In this document: piece after piece, positions 1-10,268 of the stretch
Numbering within the stretch: position 1 is the first letter of the stretch
How the letters are laid out: each line of letters begins with the position of its first letter
Source: an uncultured delta proteobacterium
GTDB lineage: Bacteria; Myxococcota_A; Polyangia; Fen-1088
NCBI GenBank assembly: GCA_963755125.1
Contig: CAVWIP010000006.1
Location: 1-64,000 of the forward strand
DNA: 64,000 nucleotides
Direction: 5' to 3'
Translations under genes and position numbers: made by a program
The notes under the pieces: generated by a model
Databases searched by the model: none
The model's input: the letters and a program-made list of their open reading frames with translations, nothing else
Told to the model about the DNA's origin: nothing

Positions 1-2
1 AG

Positions 3-86
3 GCCAGGGAGATCCTCAAGACAACGAAGCCAGCCGACCTGGATGAACATGCTTGCGAGGCAGTCAGGGAAGCGGTCGCGGTCTGA
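3..86 (+). CDS. 3' end of a gene entering from the left edge (possibly DUF1269/general-stress membrane protein)
   Basis: Frame from nt 3 reads AREILKTTKPADLDEHACEAVREAVAV* with TGA at 84-86; family guess rests on this short tail only. Confidence 0.4.
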   Translation, partial: AREILKTTKPADLDEHACEAVREAVAV

Positions 87-131
87 CGCAGAAGCCAGGG
101 AAATCCACGCGTCGATGAAAGGCAGGGCAAC

Positions 132-782
132 ATGAGCCTAAACCCGGAAATCAATCGAGGGGTGAAGTGGTCGATAGCGCTGAGCGTTCTCATGATCGCG
201 GCGGGAGTCTTGGCGATCATCGCACCGCACGCGTCCGGCATCGCCGTCACGATACTGGTTGGCTGGCTGCTGGTATTTGGTGGCGCAGCCCATCTGGCCT
301 ACTCATGGCACGCCCGCGACGGCGGTGGACTCATTTGGGGAATAGTTCTGGGTATTCTCTATGTCGTCGCTGGCGCGTATCTGCTGGCGCATCCCGTGGC
401 GGGTCTCGCGTCACTGACCTTCGCCCTGGCAGCGTTCTTGTTCGTAGGGGCAATCGTGGAGATCATTCTGTCAACCCATCTCCGCCCTTCGAGCGGGTCG
501 GGCTGGCTTCTGGTCGACGGGATTATCACCATGGTCCTCGCAATCATGATGTGGCGGACCTGGCCAAAGAACAGCCCTTGGCTGCTCGGCACACTTGTGG
601 GCATCAACATGATCTTCAGCGGGATTGCCCGATTGGCAATCTCCCTGGCCGTGCGCCGTATTGCCAACGCCGTTGCGTCAGAACCCGGTACATCGGAGCG
701 ATGCTCAACCGAGCGTGGAACGCAGATTTGCGTGGAATCTGAGTCTCTCAATGTGAGCCCGGACAACGTAAAGGCCGATTGA
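132..782 (+). CDS. HdeD/DUF308 family acid-resistance membrane protein
   Basis: About six hydrophobic helices; GWLLVFGG, GWLLVDG and LGTLVGINMIFSG motifs typical of HdeD; atypical ~35-aa polar C-terminal tail. Confidence 0.85.
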   Translation: MSLNPEINRGVKWSIALSVLMIAAGVLAIIAPHASGIAVTILVGWLLVFGGAAHLAYSWHARDGGGLIWGIVLGILYVVAGAYLLAHPVAGLASLTFALAAFLFVGAIVEIILSTHLRPSSGSGWLLVDGIITMVLAIMMWRTWPKNSPWLLGTLVGINMIFSGIARLAISLAVRRIANAVASEPGTSERCSTERGTQICVESESLNVSPDNVKAD

Positions 783-790
783 AGATTGCC

Positions 791-1138
791 ATGCAGCCAA
801 CGACTCCGATATCGCGGACGTTCATAGTGAACGTCGCCGCTGGTCTCGACGTCCTGCGCGCGACCATCATCGTCAGGGCATTGTTTCCGACTGAGAGCGT
901 GGTGGTCGCCGAGGCCAATGAGGAGCGCGTCGACGGCAAGAGCGTGCTGGCGCTTTGCCGTCTAGCCGCCGCTTGCGGCACCGAGATCAGATTCAGTGCC
1001 AGTGGTCCCGATGCCAGGCGCGCGATTACTGCGGTTGATGCACTCTTCGCCACGCGCTTCCAGACGGCGCCTGCCTTGCCCTCGGCGCCACAGGCTTGGA
1101 AGCGCGAGGTTCCCTTTGGCATCCAAGAAAGCCCATGA
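791..1138 (+). CDS. HPr-family phosphocarrier-like protein with catalytic His replaced by Asp
   Basis: HPr pattern: GL(D)VLRA in place of GLHARPA, VDGKSVLAL (Ser46 motif), GTEIRFSASGPDA; stop overlaps next ATG (ATGA 1135-1138). Confidence 0.7.
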   Translation: MQPTTPISRTFIVNVAAGLDVLRATIIVRALFPTESVVVAEANEERVDGKSVLALCRLAAACGTEIRFSASGPDARRAITAVDALFATRFQTAPALPSAPQAWKREVPFGIQESP

Positions 1139-2271
1139 CTGGCATCCTCAAGATTGCCTACAGGCTACTCGTCAACGACAGGGGTAAGTTCGCAGCACTG
1201 CTCCTCGGGATCACCTTCTCGGTCTTCCTCATGGTCCAACAGACGTCGATGTTCGCGGGAATGATGCGAAAGGCATCTGCGACAGTGACCAACACCGGCG
1301 CCAAGGTTTGGGTGATGGACCGGGCCGTGACCAACGTTGCCAGCAGCATCCCGATGCCCGACTTCATGCAGGACGCGGCTCGCAGCCTGAAGGGGGTGAA
1401 GTTCGCGGTTCCCTTCTATTCCGGGGTGGGGCTCGCGCGCCTGCAAGATGGAACCTACCAGGCGGTTTCGATCATCGGGCTTGACGATAGCAGTCTCTTT
1501 GGGCGGCCGGAGCTTGTCGAGGGCAACATCGAGGACATCTACGCGGAGAATGGGTTCGTGGTGGTGCGGGACGTAGAATTTTCCAAGCTGCAGAGTCCGA
1601 AGCTGGGGACCAGCTTCGAGATCAACGACAACCGAGGTGTCATCGTCGGTATTGCCAAGGTTCCAGCGAGCGGCTTGTTCGGGATCCCGACGCTCTACAC
1701 AACCTTCAGCCGGGCCATCCAGTACATCCCGTCTCTCCGATCGACGGTCAGCTACATTCTCATCGAGCCATCCAGTGCTGACGCGATTCCCGGCATCAAG
1801 AGCGAGGTCAATCGACTGGGATACGACGCTCTCACGCAAGACGAGTTCATCGCCCGCATCGCCGATTTCTATAAGTACCACACGGGAATGGGCACCAATA
1901 TCCTGATCATGACGGCGATCAGCTTCATCGTTGGTCTGTCGATCTCCGCTCAGACGTTCTACACCTTCGTTCTGGAGAACCTCGACAAGTTTGGCGCGCT
2001 GAAAGCCATGGGGGCCAAGGGGCGCGAACTGGTCTACATGTTGCTCTTTCAGGCGGGGATCACCGCCGTGGCCGGGTACGGTCTGGGGCTTGGGCTCTGC
2101 GCGGTCCTCATCGCAGCGGCGAGGCTCCGCGTTCCTGACTACGCCTCCGTGATTACCTTCGGAAACCTCGGCTTGGCCTTCGGCATGGTTCTGGCCATTG
2201 CGGCGATCTCCAGCTACATCGCAGTTCGTCGTGTGCTCAGAATCGAACCATTCGACATCTTTCGGGGTTGA
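1135..2271 (+). CDS. ABC transporter permease (FtsX/MacB/DevC-like)
   Basis: N-terminal TM, periplasmic domain, FGALKAMGA motif, three C-terminal TMs, ends EPFDIFRG. Confidence 0.9.
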   Translation: MTGILKIAYRLLVNDRGKFAALLLGITFSVFLMVQQTSMFAGMMRKASATVTNTGAKVWVMDRAVTNVASSIPMPDFMQDAARSLKGVKFAVPFYSGVGLARLQDGTYQAVSIIGLDDSSLFGRPELVEGNIEDIYAENGFVVVRDVEFSKLQSPKLGTSFEINDNRGVIVGIAKVPASGLFGIPTLYTTFSRAIQYIPSLRSTVSYILIEPSSADAIPGIKSEVNRLGYDALTQDEFIARIADFYKYHTGMGTNILIMTAISFIVGLSISAQTFYTFVLENLDKFGALKAMGAKGRELVYMLLFQAGITAVAGYGLGLGLCAVLIAAARLRVPDYASVITFGNLGLAFGMVLAIAAISSYIAVRRVLRIEPFDIFRG

Positions 2272-2273
2272 TC

Positions 2274-2969
2274 ATGAACGCAATTGAAGCCCGGGATCTC
2301 AGCAAATGGTTTGGCGAGGGCCAAGCGCGAACCACGGCGGTGCAAAACGTGGCCTTCGACGCCCGCTTTCAGGAAATGCTGTTCATCGTCGGTCCCTCCG
2401 GCAGTGGGAAGACCACACTGCTCAGCATGATATCGGGAATCCTTCGCCCCAACCAGGGCGCGGTAAAGATCAAAGAGCAGGACATTTGGGGCCTGCCGGC
2501 CGACAAGCTCGCCGATATGCGACTCAACACCGTCGGCTTCGTGTTTCAGGACTACCACCTCTTCCCCAAACTCACGACGGTCGAGAACGTCGCGGTGCCT
2601 TTGATCCTGAAACGGCGCCAATGGGACCAGGCTATCAAGGAGGCCCTGCAAGCCCTGGAGAGGGTCGGGCTCACCCCGCGCGCGAACCTGCCGCCTCAGA
2701 AACTGAGCGGCGGCGAGCAGCAGCGGGTTGCTATTGCCAGGGCCATCGTCAGCAAGCCCGAGATCTTGGTATTCGACGAGCCGACCGCTTCACTCGACGG
2801 TGACACAGGACGGAAGATCGTCGAGTTCGTGAAGCGGGAAATTCTCAACGCGCAACGCTGCATCCTCATCGTCACGCACGACGACCGAATTTTCGAGTTC
2901 GCCGATCGCATGATCAGGATGGAGGACGGCAGGATAGTCAACATCGAGAAAGGACAGGGCCATGCGTAA
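2274..2969 (+). CDS. ABC transporter ATP-binding protein (LolD/MacB-like)
   Basis: Walker A GPSGSGKT, LSGGEQQR signature, Walker B LVFDEPT, VTHD switch. Confidence 0.95.
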   Translation: MNAIEARDLSKWFGEGQARTTAVQNVAFDARFQEMLFIVGPSGSGKTTLLSMISGILRPNQGAVKIKEQDIWGLPADKLADMRLNTVGFVFQDYHLFPKLTTVENVAVPLILKRRQWDQAIKEALQALERVGLTPRANLPPQKLSGGEQQRVAIARAIVSKPEILVFDEPTASLDGDTGRKIVEFVKREILNAQRCILIVTHDDRIFEFADRMIRMEDGRIVNIEKGQGHA

Positions 2970-4170
2970 CAAGCTGCTGTTCGCGCTGGTGGGGATCGGC
3001 ATATTAGTCGCTGTGGCGAGTGCCTACGTCTACGCGCGCCCGCCGAAGCCACAATCCCCCGTCTTTCAGCCCGCGTCCAATCCCTATCCGCAGGGAATCT
3101 TCGCCAACGGGATTGTCGAAAGCTACCAGGCCAATGGCGAAAACATCAACATTTACCCCGAGGTCTCCGGCGTCGTCCGTGAGATCTTGGTCGCGGAGGG
3201 CGCGAGCGTGAAGCAAGGCGCACCGCTGCTGGTTATTGACGACACGGTACAGCGGGCGATCGTCGGTCAGCAGAGAGCACAGGTGGAAGCTGCGGCGGCC
3301 TTGTTGCAGGAGCTGAAGGCCCAGCCGCGCAGGGAGAATCTCGATGTGGCGCGCGCCCAGGTCGATCTAGCGACCGCGAGCTTGAAGGGCGCGGAGGACA
3401 CGTTGAGCAAGCAGCAGCACTCCTACGACCTCGACTCCCGCTCGGTCAGCAGAGACACACTCGACACCAACCGCAACGCCGTCGAGGTGGCGAAGGCCAA
3501 TCTGGACGTCGTCACCCGCCAGTTCCGTCTCACCAAGGCCGGAGCCTGGACGTACGACATTGACAACCAAAGGCGGCAAATCGAGGCGCTCTCGAAGGCA
3601 TGGGCGGCCTCCACGGCACTGCTCGCCAAGTACACCGTTCGTGCGCCGACAGATGGAGTGGTCCTCTTGATTCAAGCTGCACCGGGGAGCTACGTGTCTT
3701 CGCAGGGGGCTTACGGAACCTATACGCAGGGCCTGGGCCCCGTTGTCGTCATGAGCTCGGGCAAGTCCAGCGGATACATGAACGTGCGGTGCTACATTGA
3801 CGAGATCCTGATTCCGAAGCTTCCGGCGGCGGACAAGATGGTGGCGATGATGTCGGTTCGGGGCACGACCACGACGATCCCCCTGGAATTCGTCCGACTG
3901 CAGCCGTATGTGACGCCGAAGATCGAGCTTTCCGACCAACGTCTCGAAAGGGTGGATTTGCGCGTGCTGCCGGCCATCTTCCGCTTTCGCCCCGCACCGG
4001 GCGTTGCGGTCTATCCGGGACAAATGGTGGACGTCTATATCGGCGCGCGGGATGCCGGTGTCGTTGGGCTGTCCGCAGCCCAGCCATCTCGATCGAATTC
4101 CTCGTTGACTGAAGGCGCCGATGGGCGGGACAGGCTGATGCCATCGGCGCATCTGGAGAGGCGCCCGTGA
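2962..4170 (+). CDS. Membrane fusion (HlyD/periplasmic adaptor) protein
   Basis: N-terminal anchor, lipoyl half-motifs (VSGVVREILVAEGASVKQG; VRAPTDGVV), long coiled coil. Confidence 0.9.
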   Translation: MRNKLLFALVGIGILVAVASAYVYARPPKPQSPVFQPASNPYPQGIFANGIVESYQANGENINIYPEVSGVVREILVAEGASVKQGAPLLVIDDTVQRAIVGQQRAQVEAAAALLQELKAQPRRENLDVARAQVDLATASLKGAEDTLSKQQHSYDLDSRSVSRDTLDTNRNAVEVAKANLDVVTRQFRLTKAGAWTYDIDNQRRQIEALSKAWAASTALLAKYTVRAPTDGVVLLIQAAPGSYVSSQGAYGTYTQGLGPVVVMSSGKSSGYMNVRCYIDEILIPKLPAADKMVAMMSVRGTTTTIPLEFVRLQPYVTPKIELSDQRLERVDLRVLPAIFRFRPAPGVAVYPGQMVDVYIGARDAGVVGLSAAQPSRSNSSLTEGADGRDRLMPSAHLERRP

Positions 4171-5639
4171 ACCCCATGCGCGAAGGTCGACGGCGCCCCT
4201 GCGGCTGGCTCGCGGCTGCCCTCGCCTGGGCCGGCTGCGCCGTGGGACCAAACTACGTTCAACCCGACCCACCGAAGGATTCCAGCTACACAGCCGGCCC
4301 TGTCCCGAAGACGACCGCTGTGGCGGAAGGTCAAGCCCAACGGTTCGAGGCTGGGAGGCAGGTCACTGCCGACTGGTGGCGTCTGTTCGAGAATCCGAAA
4401 GTTGACGCCCTCATTGGCCAAGCGATAGCCGACAACCCGAACCTGCAAGCGGCACAGGCCACGCTTCGCCAGAGCCAGGACATCCTTCGCGCGGGCTATG
4501 GCATCTTCATCCCGCAGATTGGAGGCAACGTCGCCGCCAGCCGGCAGACTTCTAACCCGAAACTCATCGGGTCGACGGCGCCAAGCAGTGTCTTCAATCT
4601 CTTCACCCTGTCGGCCACCGTCAACTACGCGCTCGACATCTGGGGAGGCCAGCGGCGGCAGATCGAGGGGCTGCGAGCCCAGATGGAGGCGCAGCGATTC
4701 ACTGTCGCGGGCACCTACACCATGCTGGCAGGCAACGTGGTAAACACGGCCATCGCCCAGGCAGCCTATCGTGCACAGATTCGGGCAACGGAAGATCTGA
4801 TAATCATCGAGAAAGAGCAGGTAAGCATCACCCGGGCTCAGGCGGAAGCTGGCACAGTACCGTTTTCGAACGTGCTCAGTCTGCAAAGTGAGCTGGCGAG
4901 CACGCAAGCCACCCTTCCCCCACTTCGGCAGAAGATCGATCAGGCCACCCATCTGCTGGCAGCGCTGCTGGGACGTGCCCCGGCCGATTTTTCATCGCCC
5001 TCCGACGCACGGGGGTTGGAGATCAAGGACTTCAAGCTCCCGGAGAACCTGCCCGTGTCGCTGCCATCGGCGCTGGTGCACCAACGTCCAGATATTCTCC
5101 TGGCAGAAGCCCAACTCATCAGTGCCAACGCCCAGATCGGCGTGGCTACAGCAGCCCTGTTTCCAAGTCTGACCCTCAATTCCACAGTGGGGATGAATAG
5201 CACGTCGGCTGCCAATATATTTCGGTCGGACAACCTTTTTTGGAGCCTCGGCGCGAACCTGGCTGGACCGATTGTCGACGGCGGCACGCGCTGGTACCAG
5301 CGAAAGGCCGCCATCGAGGCCCACGACGCCGTGCTGGCCAACTACCGTCAGACCGTCCTGAGCGCCTTGGCGCAGGTTGCCGACGCTCTGCGGGCGCTGG
5401 AGCATGACGCCGAGACGCTGAACGCGCAGGCCGACTCGGTCCATGCCACCTCCAATGCTTTGCGCCTGACACAGATCAATTGTCAAACGGGGATCGCGAC
5501 GTATCTTCAGCTCTTGGTTGCCGACCAACAGTACCACCAGGCAACCCTGGCCTATGTGCAAGCGCAGGCGCAACGGCTGCAGGACACGGTTGCACTCTAC
5601 GTCGCACTGGGCGGCGGTTGGTGGAGCGCGCCCCAATGA
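4167..5639 (+). CDS. NodT/OprM-family outer membrane efflux lipoprotein
   Basis: Lipobox WAGC-AVGP, WW..F..P, RPDILLAEAQL, LYVALGGGW C-terminus. Confidence 0.92.
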   Translation: MNPMREGRRRPCGWLAAALAWAGCAVGPNYVQPDPPKDSSYTAGPVPKTTAVAEGQAQRFEAGRQVTADWWRLFENPKVDALIGQAIADNPNLQAAQATLRQSQDILRAGYGIFIPQIGGNVAASRQTSNPKLIGSTAPSSVFNLFTLSATVNYALDIWGGQRRQIEGLRAQMEAQRFTVAGTYTMLAGNVVNTAIAQAAYRAQIRATEDLIIIEKEQVSITRAQAEAGTVPFSNVLSLQSELASTQATLPPLRQKIDQATHLLAALLGRAPADFSSPSDARGLEIKDFKLPENLPVSLPSALVHQRPDILLAEAQLISANAQIGVATAALFPSLTLNSTVGMNSTSAANIFRSDNLFWSLGANLAGPIVDGGTRWYQRKAAIEAHDAVLANYRQTVLSALAQVADALRALEHDAETLNAQADSVHATSNALRLTQINCQTGIATYLQLLVADQQYHQATLAYVQAQAQRLQDTVALYVALGGGWWSAPQ

Positions 5640-5727
5640 GGCTGCTTCTCGCCCGCGCTCCGGCCAACCAAGCGGCAAAGGCCAGTGCGCAAGCGGACGC
5701 GCCTCAAAAAGAACCGAGGACAATAGC

Positions 5728-6387
5728 GTGGGGGGAATAATTCCACTGGCGGATGCATCTCGACGGCCCCGTAGGTTTCCCGCCGTTACGGCAGCAATCG
5801 TCCTGGTGAACGGGCTCGCCTTCCTGATGGAACTGGCGGGTGGTGGCGCATTTGTAATGCGCTGGTCGGAGATTCCCGCCACTATTGTCGCAGGCCACCG
5901 CTGGGTCACCATCCTGACGGCGATGTTCATGCACGCCGGCTGGATACACATTATAGGCAACATGGTGTACCTTTGGGCATTTGGCCCGGGAATCGAGGAT
6001 GCGATGGGCTCACTGGGATACCTTGCGCTCTACTTGCTCAGTGGTTTGGCCGCCTCGCTAGCACAGATCGCGCTTATGCCCCATTCCACGATTCCCAATT
6101 TAGGTGCCAGCGGCGCGATTGCGGGTGTGATGGGCGCTTATCTGGTGACCTACCCCCATCATCGGATACGCGCGCTGCTTCTGTTCGGCTGGTGGACCCG
6201 CACTACGTTTGTTCCCGCAGCGCTCTTGATCGGACTCTGGTTTCTGATTCAGATGTTCAATCAGGTCGGCGCCGTGGCAGATGTTGAGACAGGTGCCGGT
6301 GTCGCTTACATGGCTCACATTGGGGGCTTCATCTTTGGATTGGTTTCCGGCCGAGTCTTTGAGGGTTTCCGGCGCATCGAGAAATAG
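5728..6387 (+). CDS. Rhomboid family intramembrane serine protease
   Basis: FMHAGWIHIIGNM, GASG catalytic Ser, AHIGG catalytic His; GTG 5728 preceded by GAGGA. Confidence 0.9.
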   Translation: MGGIIPLADASRRPRRFPAVTAAIVLVNGLAFLMELAGGGAFVMRWSEIPATIVAGHRWVTILTAMFMHAGWIHIIGNMVYLWAFGPGIEDAMGSLGYLALYLLSGLAASLAQIALMPHSTIPNLGASGAIAGVMGAYLVTYPHHRIRALLLFGWWTRTTFVPAALLIGLWFLIQMFNQVGAVADVETGAGVAYMAHIGGFIFGLVSGRVFEGFRRIEK

Positions 6388-6398
6388 GATAGTTGGCC

Positions 6399-7337
6399 AT
6401 GTCAACCACCAGCGGATTCCACCGAGCACACAATCTGCGAAGAAGCACCGTGCGCCTGTCCGTTTACGTGGCGGCTTCCACCTCCCTCGCAGCCATTGCG
6501 CAGGACCAGCCGGCCGCGCCTCCAACGGGTGCCGCACCGGCTCCTGAGGTAGCACCTGCTCCCCAATATGTGCCCGACCGGGCCGCCTCTCCTGTGTGGA
6601 CACCCGGGGGCTATCCAGACGAATATATCCTTCGTCCCCTCACGGTTCCGCCCGGCATGTTTCAGGGCACTGTTCCCGTCGTTCTCAATCTTTCCCAAGG
6701 CGCGGCGTTCAAGCCAGTGTGGCTTCCGCTTGACATGCGCTTCGGCATGACTGAGCAGTTCGAGCTGTTCTTGAGCGGCAATGATCTCGGCGCGCCCATG
6801 GCAGTTGGCCACGGAGGCATCTGCCTGGGTGGGGCGCGATACTGTCCCAATTGGTACAACAACCTCAATCTTGGCGGGCACTACTCCTTCCTGAAGAGGG
6901 GGACTCTTGAGCTATCTGGCTTTGTTGTCGCCGAGTTCAAGCAGTTCACGCCGGACACGCTATTCGCGATCGACGCGGGCGTTGCTGTGAAGTACGTCGC
7001 GGGGGTCTTCTCCGTCAAGACCGCTCCCCGGATCGGCGTCGGCGCCTACAGGCGCAGTGCGCGAAACGCTGAGGGAATGGGCGTGCCGATTCAGATCGCG
7101 ATCCAGGCGAAGCCGGAGATCGCCATCTTTCTCGACACGGGCGTCTTTGCATCGATGAATCAGTTCGGCGGAACCTGGCAAGTTCCCCTCGGTATCGGGG
7201 CTGACCTTTTCGTGAGGCATGGTGTCGATGTTGGCGCCGAGTTCATGCTTCCTGCACTGGGGGCTGGCTCAGCAGTCACGCCAAAGGCAGCGGACTCTCG
7301 CACCCTCATGCTATACGCGGTCTGGCGCAGTCCGTAG
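6399..7337 (+). CDS. Hypothetical secreted protein, probable outer-membrane beta-barrel
   Basis: Signal-like segment ending AIA-Q, Pro/Ala linker, alternating beta-strand pattern, aromatic residues near C-terminus. Confidence 0.55.
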   Translation: MSTTSGFHRAHNLRRSTVRLSVYVAASTSLAAIAQDQPAAPPTGAAPAPEVAPAPQYVPDRAASPVWTPGGYPDEYILRPLTVPPGMFQGTVPVVLNLSQGAAFKPVWLPLDMRFGMTEQFELFLSGNDLGAPMAVGHGGICLGGARYCPNWYNNLNLGGHYSFLKRGTLELSGFVVAEFKQFTPDTLFAIDAGVAVKYVAGVFSVKTAPRIGVGAYRRSARNAEGMGVPIQIAIQAKPEIAIFLDTGVFASMNQFGGTWQVPLGIGADLFVRHGVDVGAEFMLPALGAGSAVTPKAADSRTLMLYAVWRSP

Positions 7338-7352
7338 CCTGTGCCCGCGGAA

Positions 7353-7383
7353 TGCGGAATTGGGCACCCGTGCAGAATCCGCA
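7353..7383. promoter_or_regulatory. Candidate enhancer (UAS) for a sigma54 activator
   Basis: TGCGGAATTGGGCA and TGCAGAATCCGCA tandem TGC-N7/8-GCA boxes about 75-105 nt upstream of the -24 box. Confidence 0.45.
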
Positions 7384-7456
7384 TGAGCCAATCGATTGGC
7401 CCCGTCTTTCGCTTTCGGTGAGTGCCCGCAGAAGGGGACGATCCATGGCCTCTGCA

Positions 7457-7472
7457 TGGCATTGGAATTGCT
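7457..7472 (+). promoter_or_regulatory. Sigma54 (-24/-12) promoter of the BON gene
   Basis: TGGCAT-TGGAA-TTGCT, exact GG-N10-GC spacing, 62 nt upstream of ATG 7535 with AAGGAG RBS. Confidence 0.7.
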
Positions 7473-7534
7473 CCCAGCTATCGACGGGTCGTGAACAACG
7501 CCTACAAACACAACAAGGGAAGGAGAGAACAGTC

Positions 7535-8190
7535 ATGATGAAGACAGACATGCAGTTGAAGCAGGACGTGGAAGACGAGCTTGCCTGGGACCCGAAGGTG
7601 AACGCGGCCCGAATTGGCGTTAGCGTTCAGAAAGGAGCCGTGTCGCTCACCGGCGAGGTGGATACCTACGCCGAGAAGTGGGCAGCCGAGGACGCGGCCA
7701 AGCGTGTCAGCGGAGTTCGCTCGGTTGCGGAGGATCTGACTGTCAAGATTCTCGGGTATCACAAGCATTCCGATGCAGAGATCGCACAGGCTGCGGCCAG
7801 CGCGCTCAAATGGCACGTTTGGATCCCGGAGACCGTCAAGGCCACGGTTCACGACGGCGAGGTCGACCTAGAAGGCGCGGTCGAATGGAAGTACCAGAGC
7901 AACTCGGCGGAAGAGGCCGTTCGGCACCTGGCCGGGGCCACGGGTGTAAACAACCTCATCACCATCCGGCCCCACGCCGACGCTGCCCAGGTCAAGGAGA
8001 AGGTTCAGGCTGCGTTGCAACGCCAGGCGGTTGAGGACGCGAAGTCAATCCACGTCAGTGGTCGGGCGCGACAGTGACGCTCTCGGGCGACGCCTCATCC
8101 TGGAAGACGGCCGACGACGCCGTGGCCGCTGCGTGGGCCGCGCCGGGCGTGAATGACGTGGTCGACAAGCTGAGGGTCGTGCCGGCCTGA
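7535..8190 (+). pseudogene. Triple-BON (OsmY-like) protein with a frameshift near 8057-8062
   Basis: Two BON domains in frame to premature TGA 8075-8077; third BON (SGATVTLSGDASSWKTADDAVAAAWAAPGVNDVVDKLRVVPA*) continues in the -1 frame 8062-8190. Confidence 0.85.
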
Positions 8191-8247
8191 GACGGGCAGC
8201 AGAAAACCGACCGGTGCTCTGGGTTGCAGTTCTTTCCGGCGGGGCGG

Positions 8248-8766
8248 CTATCGCTCGCTCGCTCGCCCCGCTGCAAACTGAGCCTCAGATTCCGGCCAGA
8301 GCGCGGTCACAATCAATCCGATCGCAATTCCGACTGAGATTTCTATGAAGCGGTGAAAGGCGATGATCCAGGCAGGCTGAGTGCGCACAATCAGCATGAC
8401 AATGGCCAGCGTGATTCCCGCATAGCGATAGGCGCTTCGCCTGAGGCGCAGAATAGCGCACAGCACGCCCAACGCGAACAGGCCGACGCCAAACAAGGCA
8501 ACGTTTTCGGCCGCATCGGTCGCTAGGATCCCTCCGGCAGCGGCGCCTAGCGCAGTTCCGGCCAGGCGATCCTTCGAGACGGCCCACGCCGCGCCAACGG
8601 TTGATTGCATCACTATCAGGGTCGAAACGCTGGCCCAGTATGACTCCGGCAGCCCAAACCAGCGAGCAACCAGAAAGGAGGCCATCGCTGCCACCGTGGT
8701 TCGAAGAGCGTGCGTGAACTCTCGCCGGTCGACTCGCAAATACGTCAGTTTCTTCAGGCCTGCCAC
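8248..8766 (-). CDS. FUSC/aromatic acid exporter family membrane protein
   Basis: ALRTTVAA, ESYWASVSTLIVMQS, RLAGTALGA, RFIEISVGI motifs. Confidence 0.85.
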   Translation of the reverse strand: MAGLKKLTYLRVDRREFTHALRTTVAAMASFLVARWFGLPESYWASVSTLIVMQSTVGAAWAVSKDRLAGTALGAAAGGILATDAAENVALFGVGLFALGVLCAILRLRRSAYRYAGITLAIVMLIVRTQPAWIIAFHRFIEISVGIAIGLIVTALWPESEAQFAAGRASER

Positions 8767-8999
8767 TGGCGCCTCCTCGATTTCACAAGATCTTCGGCTC
8801 TCGGCCGCCCAGAACCACAGCCTGCCAGGTCAGCGATTGGATGCGCAGGCTGGCCAGCCGGATTCGGCTCGCGCTAGCATACACCAGACAAACGATGTCC
8901 CCATGCGGCGTCAGCCATCCCCAATGGCCCACGACTTCTCTCAGCCGCGGCGTCGACCTGTCGAACGTCGGCCAGAGAGCGATAGCCACGTAGAATTGA

Positions 9000-10079
9000 T
9001 CAGCGCAGGTCGTAGCGTCTCAGCTTCTCGTAGAGGGTTCGTAGCCCGATGCCAAGTTTCCTGGCGGCGAGGCGCCGGTTACCACCGACCTCCGCCAGCG
9101 CGGCCTGGATCGTCTGCCGTTCCAGCTCTGCAAGCGATCCCATTTTCCAAGCTGCCGGCAAGAGCGGTTGGTCCCTCGGGGCCGGGCTCGCCTCGATCCA
9201 CAAATGCTCCAACTCGATGACGGGCCCATCGGCGAGGATCAGGGCACGCTCAAGTACGTTGCGCAGTTCGCGCACGTTCCCGGGCCAGTCCTCGCTGCGT
9301 AGCCGTGCTTTCACAGCGTCGCCGAGCTGCGGGGCTGCCAGTCTTCCTGTCGACGCAAAGAGGTGTGCAAGCAGCGACTCAGCCAGCGGAATGATGTCCT
9401 CACGCCGCTCGCGAAGCGGTGGCAAGTGAATTGGAAACACCGCCAAGCGGTGATAGAGGTCCTCCCGAAAAGTCCCTTCTTGCACCATGGTCCGCAGATC
9501 ACGATTCGTGGCAGCCACCCACCTGACGTCCACCGTGATAGGGGTTGATCCCCCGAGCCGTTCGAAGCGTCGTTCTTCAATCACGCGCAAGAGCTTCGCC
9601 TGGAGAGCTGGTTTGAGCTCCCCCACCTCATCGAGAAAGAACGTTCCGCCATCGGCGAGTTCGATGCGACCACGGCGCTGAGCGTGCGCGTCGGTGAAGG
9701 CACCCTTCTCGTGACCAAACAGCTCGTTTTCCAGGAGTTGCTCAGTTAGCACGGCACAATTGATGGCAACGAACGGCTTCCTTGCCCGCGGGCTCGTGTC
9801 GTGGACAAAGTGTGCGGCGACCTCCTTTCCCGTGCCGCTTTCGCCATACAAGAGCACGGTCGCGCCCGTTGCCGCGACGCGCGTCAGCGCGTCAACCACG
9901 GGGCGCATGGTTGGGGCGCCGAAGGTGAGCTTGACCGACGTGGAAGGCTCCGCACGCGGCGGCGTGACGAGCTTTACCTTGAAAGGCAGTCGGCAAATAT
10001 CTCCGCCCGCAAACTCGGCGTAAGCAAGCTCGTGATGTGATGCCGGAACGCTGAAGGCTTCAGATGTTGTTTGGTTCAT
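9000..10079 (-). CDS. Sigma54-dependent Fis-family activator with no recognisable N-terminal sensor
   Basis: [46 protein letters not shown]-terminal HTH; start uncertain. Confidence 0.88.
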   Translation of the reverse strand: MNQTTSEAFSVPASHHELAYAEFAGGDICRLPFKVKLVTPPRAEPSTSVKLTFGAPTMRPVVDALTRVAATGATVLLYGESGTGKEVAAHFVHDTSPRARKPFVAINCAVLTEQLLENELFGHEKGAFTDAHAQRRGRIELADGGTFFLDEVGELKPALQAKLLRVIEERRFERLGGSTPITVDVRWVAATNRDLRTMVQEGTFREDLYHRLAVFPIHLPPLRERREDIIPLAESLLAHLFASTGRLAAPQLGDAVKARLRSEDWPGNVRELRNVLERALILADGPVIELEHLWIEASPAPRDQPLLPAAWKMGSLAELERQTIQAALAEVGGNRRLAARKLGIGLRTLYEKLRRYDLR

Positions 10080-10268
10080 GAGAGAATTCCCCGCGTCTAT
10101 GCCCTGCACTTCGGCTGGAAATCTATTCGCACAGCGATGATGGGTTCCATAATCACTTGGTCTCGGGTGTCCCATGCCAAAAGGCATCTCTGGCTACCCA
10201 GTTCCCTGCACGCTGCGGTCTGGTCCCGGTCCTCCGCGGTCGCCTGGTCCTTCGCATTCGGTTGGTCC

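Noticed and set aside
10165..10180. Sigma54 promoter upstream of the 9000-10079 activator
   Set aside because: Minus strand TGGCAT present but no GC at the -12 position
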